64,000 nucleotides of DNA from Candidatus Poribacteria bacterium. GTDB taxonomy: Bacteria; Poribacteria; WGA-4E; WGA-3G. Each line of letters opens with the position of its first letter. Position 1 is the stretch's first letter. The notes below the pieces were generated by a model. That model was not told where the DNA came from, did no database searches, and saw only the letters and a program-made list of their open reading frames with translations. The stretch is taken from the NCBI GenBank assembly GCA_965218285.1, contig OZ244616.1, positions 1,255,827 through 1,319,826 on the forward strand. The letters run 5' to 3'. Shown piece after piece: positions 39,974 to 49,324 of the stretch. The translations under genes and the position numbers were made by a program.

Positions 39974-41125
39974 ATGAAAAAAAATTATCTCTTTACGCCA
40001 GGTCCAACGCCAATTCCGCCAGAAGCGTTGTTAGCAATGGCACAGCCAATTGACTACCACCGAAGTGAAGATGCTATAGCGTTAATTAAAGACGTTTTGG
40101 AAAAACTTAAACACGTTTTTCAAACTGACAATGACGTTCTCTTCTTGACATCGTCTGGAACAGGTGCAATGGACGGAGCAGTTGCTAATCTATTGTGCCG
40201 AGGTGATAAAGTTATAGTTATTCGAAGCGGCAAATTTGGTGAACGGTGGGCAGAAATCTGTGAGGCTTATGAGATTGAAGTTATCCCTATTGATGTTGCA
40301 TGGGGAGATTCAGTTGCACCTGAAGCAGTGGAAGCACAGTTAACTGCGAATCCCGATGTAAAAGCAGTTTTCGCTACACTTTGTGAAACGTCTACAGGTG
40401 CTTTGCACGATATTGAGGCACTCGCGGGTTTGACACAATCCAGTCCGACACTGCTTGTTGTTGATGCGGTTAGCGCGCTCGGTGCGGACGATTTACAGAT
40501 GGACAATTGGGGTGTGGATGTTGTCGTGTCCTGTTCACAAAAAGGTTTGATGACGCCTCCGGGACTCGCTTTTGCTGCCCTCAATCGTCGCGCGTGGGAA
40601 GCAGCAGAGCAGTCAAACCTACCGAAATATTACTTTGACTTCCGAAAAGCACATCAGCGCGGACTTGAAGGATCAGTACCCTACACACCCGCCATCACGC
40701 TCCTCACAGCACTGCAGTGTGCCTTAAACCACATCTGTGTTGAAGGCATTCGTAATACCATTGCACGTCATAAACGTTTAGCGTTAGCAACACGAAGTGC
40801 TATAAAAGCGATGGGACTTCCTCTGTTTGCTACATCTCCTGCAAATACGCTTACTTCAATCCGTTTACCGGAAGAAATTGATGGAAAAGCGTTTATCAAG
40901 TTGATGCGCGAAAAGCATGGCATTACGTATGCGGGTGGACAGGGTGATTTGAGTGGGAGGATCCTCCGAATTGCACACCTCGGTTGGATGAATGAAAACG
41001 ATGTTATCGTTGCTATTTCTGCCTTTGAGAGAGGTTTAGCAGAAATCGGATATGATGTTTTACTTGGCGCGGGTGTCACTGCTGCTCAAAAAGTATTTAA
41101 TAAGATGACCAATCAAGAAGGATGA
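39974..41125 (+). CDS. Class V aminotransferase (serine/alanine-glyoxylate aminotransferase family)
   Basis: FTPGPT, SSGTGAM, CETSTG, VDAVS, SQKGLMTPPG. Confidence 0.93.
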   Translation: MKKNYLFTPGPTPIPPEALLAMAQPIDYHRSEDAIALIKDVLEKLKHVFQTDNDVLFLTSSGTGAMDGAVANLLCRGDKVIVIRSGKFGERWAEICEAYEIEVIPIDVAWGDSVAPEAVEAQLTANPDVKAVFATLCETSTGALHDIEALAGLTQSSPTLLVVDAVSALGADDLQMDNWGVDVVVSCSQKGLMTPPGLAFAALNRRAWEAAEQSNLPKYYFDFRKAHQRGLEGSVPYTPAITLLTALQCALNHICVEGIRNTIARHKRLALATRSAIKAMGLPLFATSPANTLTSIRLPEEIDGKAFIKLMREKHGITYAGGQGDLSGRILRIAHLGWMNENDVIVAISAFERGLAEIGYDVLLGAGVTAAQKVFNKMTNQEG

Positions 41126-41185
41126 AGAATAGAAGGAAGGGCATCAGTTCGTACATTGGTAAACTTCCATCTTTCTGAAAACAAT

Positions 41186-42460
41186 ATGTCTGAAACCACA
41201 CTTTTTGATGTTTCGTATGAACAACGAAAAAAACCGCTACTGAGTAAAACCTTAGAACGACTCCATCCCATCTACAGCAAGTCAGAACTCAATGTCTTAC
41301 GGATTGACAGCACAAGCCGAGAAGGGTTATCGCAACGTTCAGGACGCGGGTTTGTCAATCGGGATATTCTGGAAACCGTTCTCGGTAATCTGCTGGAATG
41401 CGTTGCACCAGGTTCCCACAATGCGCCACATCTCCAGAACCAAAAACGTGAACTCTCGGAAGCGATCGAAGAGGTTGCCGATCAGTTATATGCGATGGTT
41501 GCACAATCATTTTTGGCAGTAGCAGATGAAACACACCTCGGTGCTGCCCTTGAAACAGTCTTTTCGCTTCTTTGGGAACTACCTCGGTTAAAAAGCCGTG
41601 CGCTCTGGAATCGCTTCGCATCACTCAAAGACCCTGCTGTATGGGATGCGTATCTGCTACATAACGGCATCTCTCGCGAAAAACTTGCAGCCCTTGATTT
41701 GCGATCCCAAATTGACAACGCAATTAGGGAACGTACATTTGAACCTTACGAAGATTTTCTTGGTACTTTGAATCTTGCCACAGTATTGAATTATCAACTT
41801 CAACTGGTCGTCAGTACCTATCCGGGTTGGCGTGTGCTTTTCTACCACGATGTGGCACACGCTTTGACGCGAAGCGAACCACCTGAAGAGAATCCAGACC
41901 TCCATAGAGTTCCAGTACCGCTGTTGCCTCGCGCTATTTCTGAACTCGGTGGTCGTTACTACCAAGCGGATTTGCATCCTGAAACACAAATAGGCGATGC
42001 TAACTTATTAGAACATCCGCATCGTGGTGTGACAACTGGACAGACAGGTATTATCGGTTCAGGATGTATAATCTACCCTTGTACACTTGGCGGCTTGAGC
42101 GTCAAAGTGAAACAACGTCATCCTGTCATTGGCGATTTTGTTGAGATAGGCACTGACACGAGCCTTCTCGGTCCAGTCCAAGTTGCTGATTACTCAACGG
42201 TCGGAACAAACACTGAGATTTACGGGTTTGTTGAGATAGAACAAAAGTGTCGCATCGGTTCATCTGTAATTATTGGAACTATCCGTGGCGCGGCAGAACA
42301 TCCGGGTAAAATTATGATTGGAGATGGGGTGCGCATTGGTGATGGTACGGTTATAGAAAATACCTCTGAAATGGATCTTATTATACCGACGCGCGCACAG
42401 ATTCCTGCGCGGAGCCACGTGGCAAATGATGGGTTTGGATTTCCCAGATATGTGACATAG
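41186..42460 (+). CDS. Serine O-acetyltransferase-like hexapeptide-repeat protein with long N-terminal extension
   Basis: DLHPETQIG...EHPHRGV...CTLGG...QRHPVIGD resembles the CysE beta-helix; start uncertain. Confidence 0.65.
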   Translation: MSETTLFDVSYEQRKKPLLSKTLERLHPIYSKSELNVLRIDSTSREGLSQRSGRGFVNRDILETVLGNLLECVAPGSHNAPHLQNQKRELSEAIEEVADQLYAMVAQSFLAVADETHLGAALETVFSLLWELPRLKSRALWNRFASLKDPAVWDAYLLHNGISREKLAALDLRSQIDNAIRERTFEPYEDFLGTLNLATVLNYQLQLVVSTYPGWRVLFYHDVAHALTRSEPPEENPDLHRVPVPLLPRAISELGGRYYQADLHPETQIGDANLLEHPHRGVTTGQTGIIGSGCIIYPCTLGGLSVKVKQRHPVIGDFVEIGTDTSLLGPVQVADYSTVGTNTEIYGFVEIEQKCRIGSSVIIGTIRGAAEHPGKIMIGDGVRIGDGTVIENTSEMDLIIPTRAQIPARSHVANDGFGFPRYVT

Positions 42461-42518
42461 AATGGTAAACGGTAGTTTATAATTTCCCACCAAGAAACAA
42501 AACGGAATATATGAAAAC

Positions 42519-44081
42519 ATGAAAAAAAATGAGCGCGCACTCATCAGCACTTATGACAAAACGGATCTCATAGAGATTGCAAATATCCTTGTGCAATACG
42601 GTGTTGAAATACTTTCCACAGGTGGCACAGCCAGACACCTTCGTGAAGCTGGAATTGAACTCATGGATGTCTCTGACTACACAGGTTTTCCTGAGATGTT
42701 AGATGGCAGAGTTAAGACACTCCATCCAAAAATTCATGGTGGATTGCTTGCACAATGGGATAATTCAGAATATGCAGCGCAAGCCAATGACAACGGAATA
42801 AGCCCAATTGACATGGTGATTTGTAACCTATATCCATTTGAGGCAACCATTGCCAAACCTGCTGTCACTCTTGAAGAGGCAATTGAGAATATCGATATTG
42901 GTGGACCAACAATGATTCGCGCAGCAGCAAAGAATTATAAACATGTCGCTGTCCTTACAAATCCTAACCAATACTCACAAATTATTGATGATTTAGATGC
43001 AAACGATGGATGTCTATCTGAAGAGACTCGATTTGAATTGGCAAAAACAGCGTTCCACCATACCGCACACTATGATGGCGCAATTTCCACTTATCTCGCC
43101 AATTTAGAATCTGAAGATGATTTCGCGGATAGTTTAACACTCCGATTCCAAAAAGCAGACTCACTAAGATATGGTGAAAATCCACATCAACGTGCTGCTT
43201 TCTATAGAACTGAAACTTCGCAAGTACCCTGCGCTGCTTGGGCGAAACAACTGAATGGATCACCGCTATCGTTCAACAACATTCTTGATTTAGATGCCGC
43301 CTTAGAGATTGTCAAAGATTTCACAACTCCCGCGTGTGCAATCATCAAGCATAATAACCCGTGTGGACTTGCAACTGATGACAACCTACAGGATGCCTTC
43401 ACAAACGCGCTGGAATGCGATAGGACTTCAGCTTTCGGTTCAATTGTGGGTTTAAATCGCAAAGTTACTATTCAGACAGCGAATACTATTCGAGATGCTG
43501 CAAAATCGGGTGTAAAAATAGAAGCGATAATCGCGCCGAGTTATACCGAAAAAGCACTACGTGCCTTATCCCGTGTTGAAAGTCGACGGATACTTGAAGT
43601 AGGATCGCTTTCAGATTCGGAACCAACTATGCAATTCCGTAATGTTATTGGTGGCGTGCTTGTTCAAGAACAGGATGTACATAACATTGAAAAGGATGAA
43701 CTAAAGGTTGTCACTAAGCAGAAACCTACGCATGAAGATATTGAATCTCTGCTTTTTGCATGGAAGGCATGTAAACATGTCAAATCTAACTGTATCCTGC
43801 TGGCACAAGGTACGCAGACGGTCGGTATAGGCGCGGGACAGATGAGTCGTGTAGATGCTGCTATTATCGCTGTCCGTAAGTCAGGTGGAAAAGCGAATGG
43901 ATCCGTATTAGCCTCTGATGCCTTCTTTCCATTCCCTGACGGTGTTGAAATTGCTGGTGATGCTGGTATACGAGCAATTATTCAACCCGGTGGCTCAGTA
44001 AACGATGCGGCTGTGATTGAGACTGCGGACGCTTATGGTATGGCGATGGTGTTGACAGGTGTTAGACATTTTAGACACTAA
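42519..44081 (+). CDS. purH: Bifunctional AICAR transformylase/IMP cyclohydrolase
   Basis: STGGT, GRVKTLHPKIHGG, IDIGGP, LRYGENPHQ, KHNNPCG, ASDAFFPF, RHFRH. Confidence 0.98.
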   Translation: MKKNERALISTYDKTDLIEIANILVQYGVEILSTGGTARHLREAGIELMDVSDYTGFPEMLDGRVKTLHPKIHGGLLAQWDNSEYAAQANDNGISPIDMVICNLYPFEATIAKPAVTLEEAIENIDIGGPTMIRAAAKNYKHVAVLTNPNQYSQIIDDLDANDGCLSEETRFELAKTAFHHTAHYDGAISTYLANLESEDDFADSLTLRFQKADSLRYGENPHQRAAFYRTETSQVPCAAWAKQLNGSPLSFNNILDLDAALEIVKDFTTPACAIIKHNNPCGLATDDNLQDAFTNALECDRTSAFGSIVGLNRKVTIQTANTIRDAAKSGVKIEAIIAPSYTEKALRALSRVESRRILEVGSLSDSEPTMQFRNVIGGVLVQEQDVHNIEKDELKVVTKQKPTHEDIESLLFAWKACKHVKSNCILLAQGTQTVGIGAGQMSRVDAAIIAVRKSGGKANGSVLASDAFFPFPDGVEIAGDAGIRAIIQPGGSVNDAAVIETADAYGMAMVLTGVRHFRH

Positions 44082-44091
44082 TTCCGAAAAT

Positions 44092-44120
44092 TTGACGGTA
44101 AGTCTATTTTGTGGTATACT
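44092..44120 (+). promoter_or_regulatory. sigma70 promoter
   Basis: TTGACG-17 bp-TATACT upstream of AGGAGG. Confidence 0.65.
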
Positions 44121-44139
44121 TCTTAAGCAGGAGGAACAC

Positions 44140-44409
44140 ATGAAAACGTATTCATTTCAAGTTGTGTTAGAAAAAGACAAATGGCCCGATGAACCAGATG
44201 AGAACGCTGTCTGGCGCGCTTATATCCCAGCGTTAGTACATCAAGGTGCTGCGAGTTGGGGATATACACGAAAAGAGGCATTAAAGAATTTGCAGGATGC
44301 TGTTGATTTACTTGCGGAATGTTTATTAGAACAAGGAGAAGAACTCCCTTCTGAACCCTACCCACAGATTCAGGTCAGTGATGTTCCCTTAATCGTTGTA
44401 AATGCTTAA
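44140..44409 (+). CDS. hicB: HicB-like antitoxin, no toxin partner
   Basis: F.VVLE...W.A..P.L..GA.SWG.T..EAL.N..DA...GEELP. Confidence 0.85.
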   Translation: MKTYSFQVVLEKDKWPDEPDENAVWRAYIPALVHQGAASWGYTRKEALKNLQDAVDLLAECLLEQGEELPSEPYPQIQVSDVPLIVVNA

Positions 44410-44429
44410 TTCGCTCAGGAAAATGAAAA

Positions 44430-45602
44430 TTGCCTACCACATTCTCAATCCCTCCCACAGTAATTACCGGTGCCGGTGTATCCGAAAAAGTCGGTGAACA
44501 AGCCAAACGTCTTGGTGCCACGAACGCACTTATCATAACAGATCCAGGTATTGCCAAAATTGGATATGCCGACCAAATTGCCAAACACTTACATAACAAT
44601 GGAGTAGCCAGCTCTATCTTTTCTGATGTTACACCCGATCCAACTTTACAAAATGTTACTGATGGACTAAAGCAATACCTTACCGAAAGCTGCGATGTGA
44701 TAATTAGTATCGGCGGCGGAAGCGCGATTGACTGTGGTAAAGGCATCGCCATCAAACTCACGAACGATGGCGAATTCGCTGATTATATGGGTGTAGACAA
44801 AATCCCGAATCCGGGTGCTCCCTCAATTGCTATTCCTACAACTGGTGGCACAGGAAGCGAAGTCTCTAAAGTCACTGTTATCACCGACACAGAACGTAAT
44901 GTCAAAATGATGTTGAGTAGTGCTTGTTTACTTGCATCTGTCGCTTTAGTTGATCCACTGCTATCCGTTACTACCCCACCTCACCTTACTGCAGCTGTCG
45001 GTGTTGATGCGTTGACGCATGCAATAGAGGCGTATATCTCTAAACGTGCTCAACCGATTACAGATGCACTCGCTTTGAAAGCCATTGGGTTGATTTCAGG
45101 TTCACTACGTCAGGCGTGGGCAGATGGTGGAAACATTCCTGCACGCACAGATATGATGCTTGGTGCGTCAATTGCTGGTATGGCGTTCAGTAATTCATCG
45201 GTGGCATTAGTCCACGGTATGTCCCGACCGATCGGAGCATACTTTCATATCCATCACGGCTTATCAAATGCAGTGCTGCTGCTTGATGTAATGGAATTTA
45301 GCGTTGTTGGTGCGCCGCAGCGTTTTGCTGATATTGCAAAAGCGATGGGTGAATTGATTGATGGGTTGCCCCTAATGCAGCAAGCAGACGCATCCATATC
45401 TGCTGTGGAACGTCTGGTCAACGATGTTCAGATGCCGCGTCTCGGAGAAATTGATATTGATAAGGATAAGTTTGAGCAGATATTAGATCAGATGGCAGCT
45501 GATGCTATTGCAAGTGGCAGTCCCGCAAATAATCCTCGACAAGCAACCCAGGAAGAGATAGTATCACTATACAGAAAATGCTTTTCTCGACGAAGTAGAT
45601 AG
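44430..45602 (+). CDS. Iron-containing alcohol dehydrogenase
   Basis: GGGSAID.GK, PTTGGTGSE, DALTHAIE, HGMS, HGLSNA. Confidence 0.93.
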   Translation: MPTTFSIPPTVITGAGVSEKVGEQAKRLGATNALIITDPGIAKIGYADQIAKHLHNNGVASSIFSDVTPDPTLQNVTDGLKQYLTESCDVIISIGGGSAIDCGKGIAIKLTNDGEFADYMGVDKIPNPGAPSIAIPTTGGTGSEVSKVTVITDTERNVKMMLSSACLLASVALVDPLLSVTTPPHLTAAVGVDALTHAIEAYISKRAQPITDALALKAIGLISGSLRQAWADGGNIPARTDMMLGASIAGMAFSNSSVALVHGMSRPIGAYFHIHHGLSNAVLLLDVMEFSVVGAPQRFADIAKAMGELIDGLPLMQQADASISAVERLVNDVQMPRLGEIDIDKDKFEQILDQMAADAIASGSPANNPRQATQEEIVSLYRKCFSRRSR

Positions 45603-45615
45603 CCAAATATAACTA

Positions 45616-45705
45616 ATACCAAATTAACTTGATTCGACGTCTTCTGATAAAGTCGGCATTGCGAGGCACGGGGACCTCGCGCTACAAATCGGGGTAATTG
45701 GGTAT
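45616..45705. repeat. ATACCAAATTAAC-type REP-carrying element
   Basis: Inverted ends around GCGAGGCACGGGGACCTCGCGCTAC. Confidence 0.8.
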
Positions 45706-45742
45706 AATATAAAATTAAAAGGTAGTCCTGAGATAAAACAAG

Positions 45743-46381
45743 ATGCCACGCGATGTCTTAAACAGAAATCAAATCTTACAACTCGCCACAATCGTACGGA
45801 AGATAACCATAACGCTTCTGTTATCCCTTTCAATAGCAGCTTGTGGTACATCCAAAATCCTAATTAATGATAGTGCCGCACCCATCTATTATGGCACAAT
45901 TGAGAACATTGACAAAGTTTATGATGGTGATACAATCCAAGATGTTTCTATCCGGATCTATCCGTTCAATAATTTTATACCGAACGTTAGTGAGATGCCG
46001 TTGACCATCTGGCCCGGTGTTGAAAGACGACAAGATGGAATTTATAGTCTGATAGATATTAGAATCTCGGGAATCGATGCTCCAGAAAAACGTCCAGTGC
46101 GTGGCGATCGTTCTGAAGAATCAATTCAAAGAGAAAAGGCTCGTGCTGAAGCGGCAACAAATTTTCTCAAGCAGTTAATCCTTGAAAACAGTGAAGCGGA
46201 TGGAGAACTCGGATTTTACATTCAAAATCCTGAATTTGGGACATACGCTGGTAGAATTGTCGCGGATATTTTCTTTTTCAATGGTGGCATTTCAATCAGT
46301 ATTGCAGATGAATTGATTGATAATGGGCACGCTGTTGCGTATAGTGGTGGGACAAAAACGCACGATTGGGGGGCAGAATGA
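45743..46381 (+). CDS. Thermonuclease (SNase)-family lipoprotein
   Basis: Lipobox IAAC, VYDGDT, IRISGIDAPE, YAGRIVAD, GHAVAY. Confidence 0.8.
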   Translation: MPRDVLNRNQILQLATIVRKITITLLLSLSIAACGTSKILINDSAAPIYYGTIENIDKVYDGDTIQDVSIRIYPFNNFIPNVSEMPLTIWPGVERRQDGIYSLIDIRISGIDAPEKRPVRGDRSEESIQREKARAEAATNFLKQLILENSEADGELGFYIQNPEFGTYAGRIVADIFFFNGGISISIADELIDNGHAVAYSGGTKTHDWGAE

Positions 46382-46470
46382 ACGTGAACAAGATAGAAGG
46401 ATAGAGCAATTAACTCAGGAAATTGAATCACTCAAGCAACAACGCATTGTAAATCCCTAAATAAACTCAA

Positions 46471-47319
46471 ATGATTATTGATTCTCATACACACGCATGG
46501 CCACGGTGGCCCTACCAACTTCCTGTTCCTGATGATGAAAGCCGCGGAAAGGTTGAACAACTCCTCCACGAGATGGATTTGCACGACGTTGATCAGGCAG
46601 TTCTTATCTGTGCGCGGATTGAAAGAAATCCCGATAATAACGACTACGCTGCAGCGTGTGTTGAACGTTACTCGGATCGGCTTATTCAGTTCGCAGATGT
46701 TGATTGTTCATGGACAGAAACATACCACACCGACGGTGCAGCCGAGAGACTAAAAACCGCAGCAGAGAAATACAAACTCAAAGGATATACTCACTACCTC
46801 AGAGGCGATGATGATGGCAGTTGGTTCTTTTCGGAAGAGGGACAACGTTTCTTTCAAACAACCGCAGAACTTAAGCTCATCGCAAGCATAGCGATGGGAA
46901 GTCATCAACACGTCCCACTCCAAAAGTTAGCAGCACAGTTTCCCACGGTTCCGTTTCTGTGTCATCACATGGCTGGTGCGCGTGCTGGAGAAGCACATCC
47001 CTACCCACAACTTAAAGAGGTACTCGCTTCCGCAAATGTCCCGAATATTCATGTGAAGATGTCAGGATTTGCCTACGTCTCACAGGTCTCATGGGATTAT
47101 CCATATTCTGATACACACAGGGTTGTTCGTGTGCTTTACGAACATTTCGGTCCTGGTAGACTTTGCTGGGGTTCAGATTATCCGGTCGTTCGTAACTTTA
47201 TGACCTACCAACACGCCCTTGAAGCGTTCCGCACACACTGCACTTTTATCCCAGATACCGACAAAGCGGAAATCTTGGGAGGTACCCTCCACAGATTGTT
47301 ATCTGAAGCAGGATTATAG
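46471..47319 (+). CDS. Amidohydrolase_2-family protein
   Basis: IIDSHTH, CHHMA, WGSDYP. Confidence 0.9.
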   Translation: MIIDSHTHAWPRWPYQLPVPDDESRGKVEQLLHEMDLHDVDQAVLICARIERNPDNNDYAAACVERYSDRLIQFADVDCSWTETYHTDGAAERLKTAAEKYKLKGYTHYLRGDDDGSWFFSEEGQRFFQTTAELKLIASIAMGSHQHVPLQKLAAQFPTVPFLCHHMAGARAGEAHPYPQLKEVLASANVPNIHVKMSGFAYVSQVSWDYPYSDTHRVVRVLYEHFGPGRLCWGSDYPVVRNFMTYQHALEAFRTHCTFIPDTDKAEILGGTLHRLLSEAGL

Positions 47320-47327
47320 TCACCTTG

Positions 47328-47449
47328 CAGGGTTATTTAGTTTTAGGCTTTTTGTCCATTTTATCCGAAAAGTCGCGATTCGGAGATCGCTCGGACAGGG
47401 GAAAGTCTTAGATTGAAAATCTAAATATTCGGAAAACTAAATAGCCCTG
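47328..47449. mobile_element. MITE with CAGGGYTATTTAGTTTT inverted ends and 9-bp TSD
   Basis: CAGGGTTATTTAGTTTT...AAAACTAAATAGCCCTG; GTCACCTTG at 47319-47327 and 47450-47458. Confidence 0.88.
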
Positions 47450-47552
47450 GTCACCTTGATTATTTACTCACAATCTGTTATAATGATATTTAATGAGCAA
47501 TTTCATTTTGCATTTAGAAAGGTCAATCTGAAATAAGAAGGGAGAAATTGAG

Positions 47553-48206
47553 ATGAAAAGAATCATTGTTTTTACAACCTTGACACTTATGCTAATATCT
47601 GGGTTAGCGTTTGCGACAGAAACCCAGATTGTGCAAGGTGAGTATATTGAAGCTCGGTCAGCAAGCGTTTATGTTGGCGCATGCCATTTCGGTGCTGAAT
47701 TTGTTGAAGGTGGAAAAGAAGCTACACTCATTTGGAACATCCATAGTGGAAGTTGGAACGACGTTTCATTAGATGGCTTAACCGTTGTTGCTGTCGTCAG
47801 TGCCAAAAACAACCTGGCGATTGATACGAAAACACGCAAGAGTGTCCTGTATGTGGATGTTAAAGCCACGCCAGAACAACGTGCAGCAATTAGCAGCATG
47901 CTTGCTACAAAACGCATGGATGTTCTCGGTAAAGTCGTTACGACACAAACCGCACCAATTTCATTCGCGAAAAAAGGCACGAAATACGATGTGACAGTAG
48001 GAAAAGTTTTGGCACTGTCTGCAAATCGCTATCCGTGTGAGAAATGCACACAACCCCATCAAATTTGGTATGAACCGCTGACAAAAGTTCAAAATCCGAT
48101 TGTTGGTAAATCTGAAATCTATCGCTATAAAGACTCTTACCTTCCGGTGAATTGGCAGCAAGGTGATGCAGCTAACAACGTTTTTGTAGGTAATTTTTCG
48201 ATGTAA
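47553..48206 (+). CDS. Secreted DUF1326-like protein
   Basis: Signal peptide, GEYIEAR...VGACH, LYVD..ATPEQRAA. Confidence 0.65.
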   Translation: MKRIIVFTTLTLMLISGLAFATETQIVQGEYIEARSASVYVGACHFGAEFVEGGKEATLIWNIHSGSWNDVSLDGLTVVAVVSAKNNLAIDTKTRKSVLYVDVKATPEQRAAISSMLATKRMDVLGKVVTTQTAPISFAKKGTKYDVTVGKVLALSANRYPCEKCTQPHQIWYEPLTKVQNPIVGKSEIYRYKDSYLPVNWQQGDAANNVFVGNFSM

Positions 48207-48213
48207 TCATTAA

Positions 48214-48247
48214 TGTCTGTAGTTACCTCTCGTTGTAACTACAGACA
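48214..48247 (+). terminator. Hairpin after the DUF1326-like gene
   Basis: TGTCTGTAGTTAC...GTAACTACAGACA. Confidence 0.5.
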
Positions 48248-48397
48248 CGACTCTTCTCACTCTATCCCTTCCTGTTTAACTTCTCCTATAGATTCAGTTG
48301 ATTTTTCTTGAATTTTTTTGTTCAATATGCTATCGTTTTTACAAACAAATACAATGCTATGCCTTATCAGTTTTCCCGATACCGTAGACCATAAGTT

Positions 48398-48524
48398 ATA
48401 CCAATTCTGAAAAATAAAATACCATTACGGAGATGTCCGACATTTTGAATGTGAGAGGCGCAATGAATTGCGCGAGGACAAACGCGTTTTTTGTTAATGT
48501 GATGCCATCATTCAGAAATGGTAT
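48398..48524. repeat. ATACCAATTCTGAA-type REP-carrying element
   Basis: ATACCAATTCTGAA...GGCGCAATGAATTGCGCG...TTCAGAAATGGTAT. Confidence 0.75.
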
Positions 48525-48530
48525 TAGGAG

Positions 48531-48745
48531 GTCAATAACCCCGCGCTAAAGCATCGGGGCTTGTGCGAAGCGCATGCCAAGCGTCCACTCCACAAGTTAA
48601 ACGGTTGACTAGACGATATATCGCGGGTCTTGTCGTGGCAGGAAACCACAAGATGTTACGGATGCTCCCCAAGTCTGTATCCTCTCTGATTCCGTGATGT
48701 CGATGGGGAAACATATACCGCGAGAGCGTGGGCTTATAGCCATTA
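48531..48745 (+). ncRNA. omegaRNA/HEARO-like RNA (second copy on the minus strand at ~22480-22690)
   Basis: GTCAA/GTTGAC pairing, CTAGAC, GGATGCTCCCCAAGTCT hairpin whose loop complements GTCGATGGGGA, terminal GGCTTATAGCC. Confidence 0.65.
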
Positions 48746-48949
48746 TTTTCTGGTAAAGACATCGTGTCAGGTCAAGTAAGCGAGTAGTGACAGTCTCACT
48801 GAACGAAGCAGCACAACTGAATCCAGACTCCCAGTGTGCAGGTGGAGATAAAACAGCACTCCCCCTTTTGGGGACAAATTATAACTATAATAGGAGGCGG
48901 GCTTTCCTCCCCTGCCTAAAGGCGAGGGGTCTCCAGCCCGAAGATTTTG
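48531..48949 (+). mobile_element. Non-autonomous IscB/IsrB-type element with omegaRNA-like scaffold (copy 2)
   Basis: GTCAATAACCCCGCGCTAAAGCATCGGGG ... CCCCTGCCTAAAGGCGAGGGG; followed by ATGAA. Confidence 0.8.
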
Positions 48950-49324
48950 ATGAAAAATAAATTAAACTTTTCCTAAAAGATTACGTCTAAATAAGCAGTA
49001 TAAGGTTGCGGGTTAAGTGGCTGTTTCACTATCTCCGTGTGCAACTCGTGTAAAACTGCAGCACAATACGGAAAAGAAACAAATAGAGGCAACATATTGG
49101 AGTTTTAGGAAAAGACGCGTAATGGCGAATTCCATTTTCTCTTTTTTAGAGAGACTCCTCAAAAACAAATAGACACTTCGGTGTGGGGTTGGGATAGCAA
49201 CCCTTGAAGGAGAAGGTGTAAGTCTTTCGCAAGAAAGCAACCTTTGTTGATAACACAAATGCTTCTACAGTTTTTTGTAGAAGCCTCGCCCTTCAGGTTC
49301 AACTCACAAACCTCAGGTGAATAT

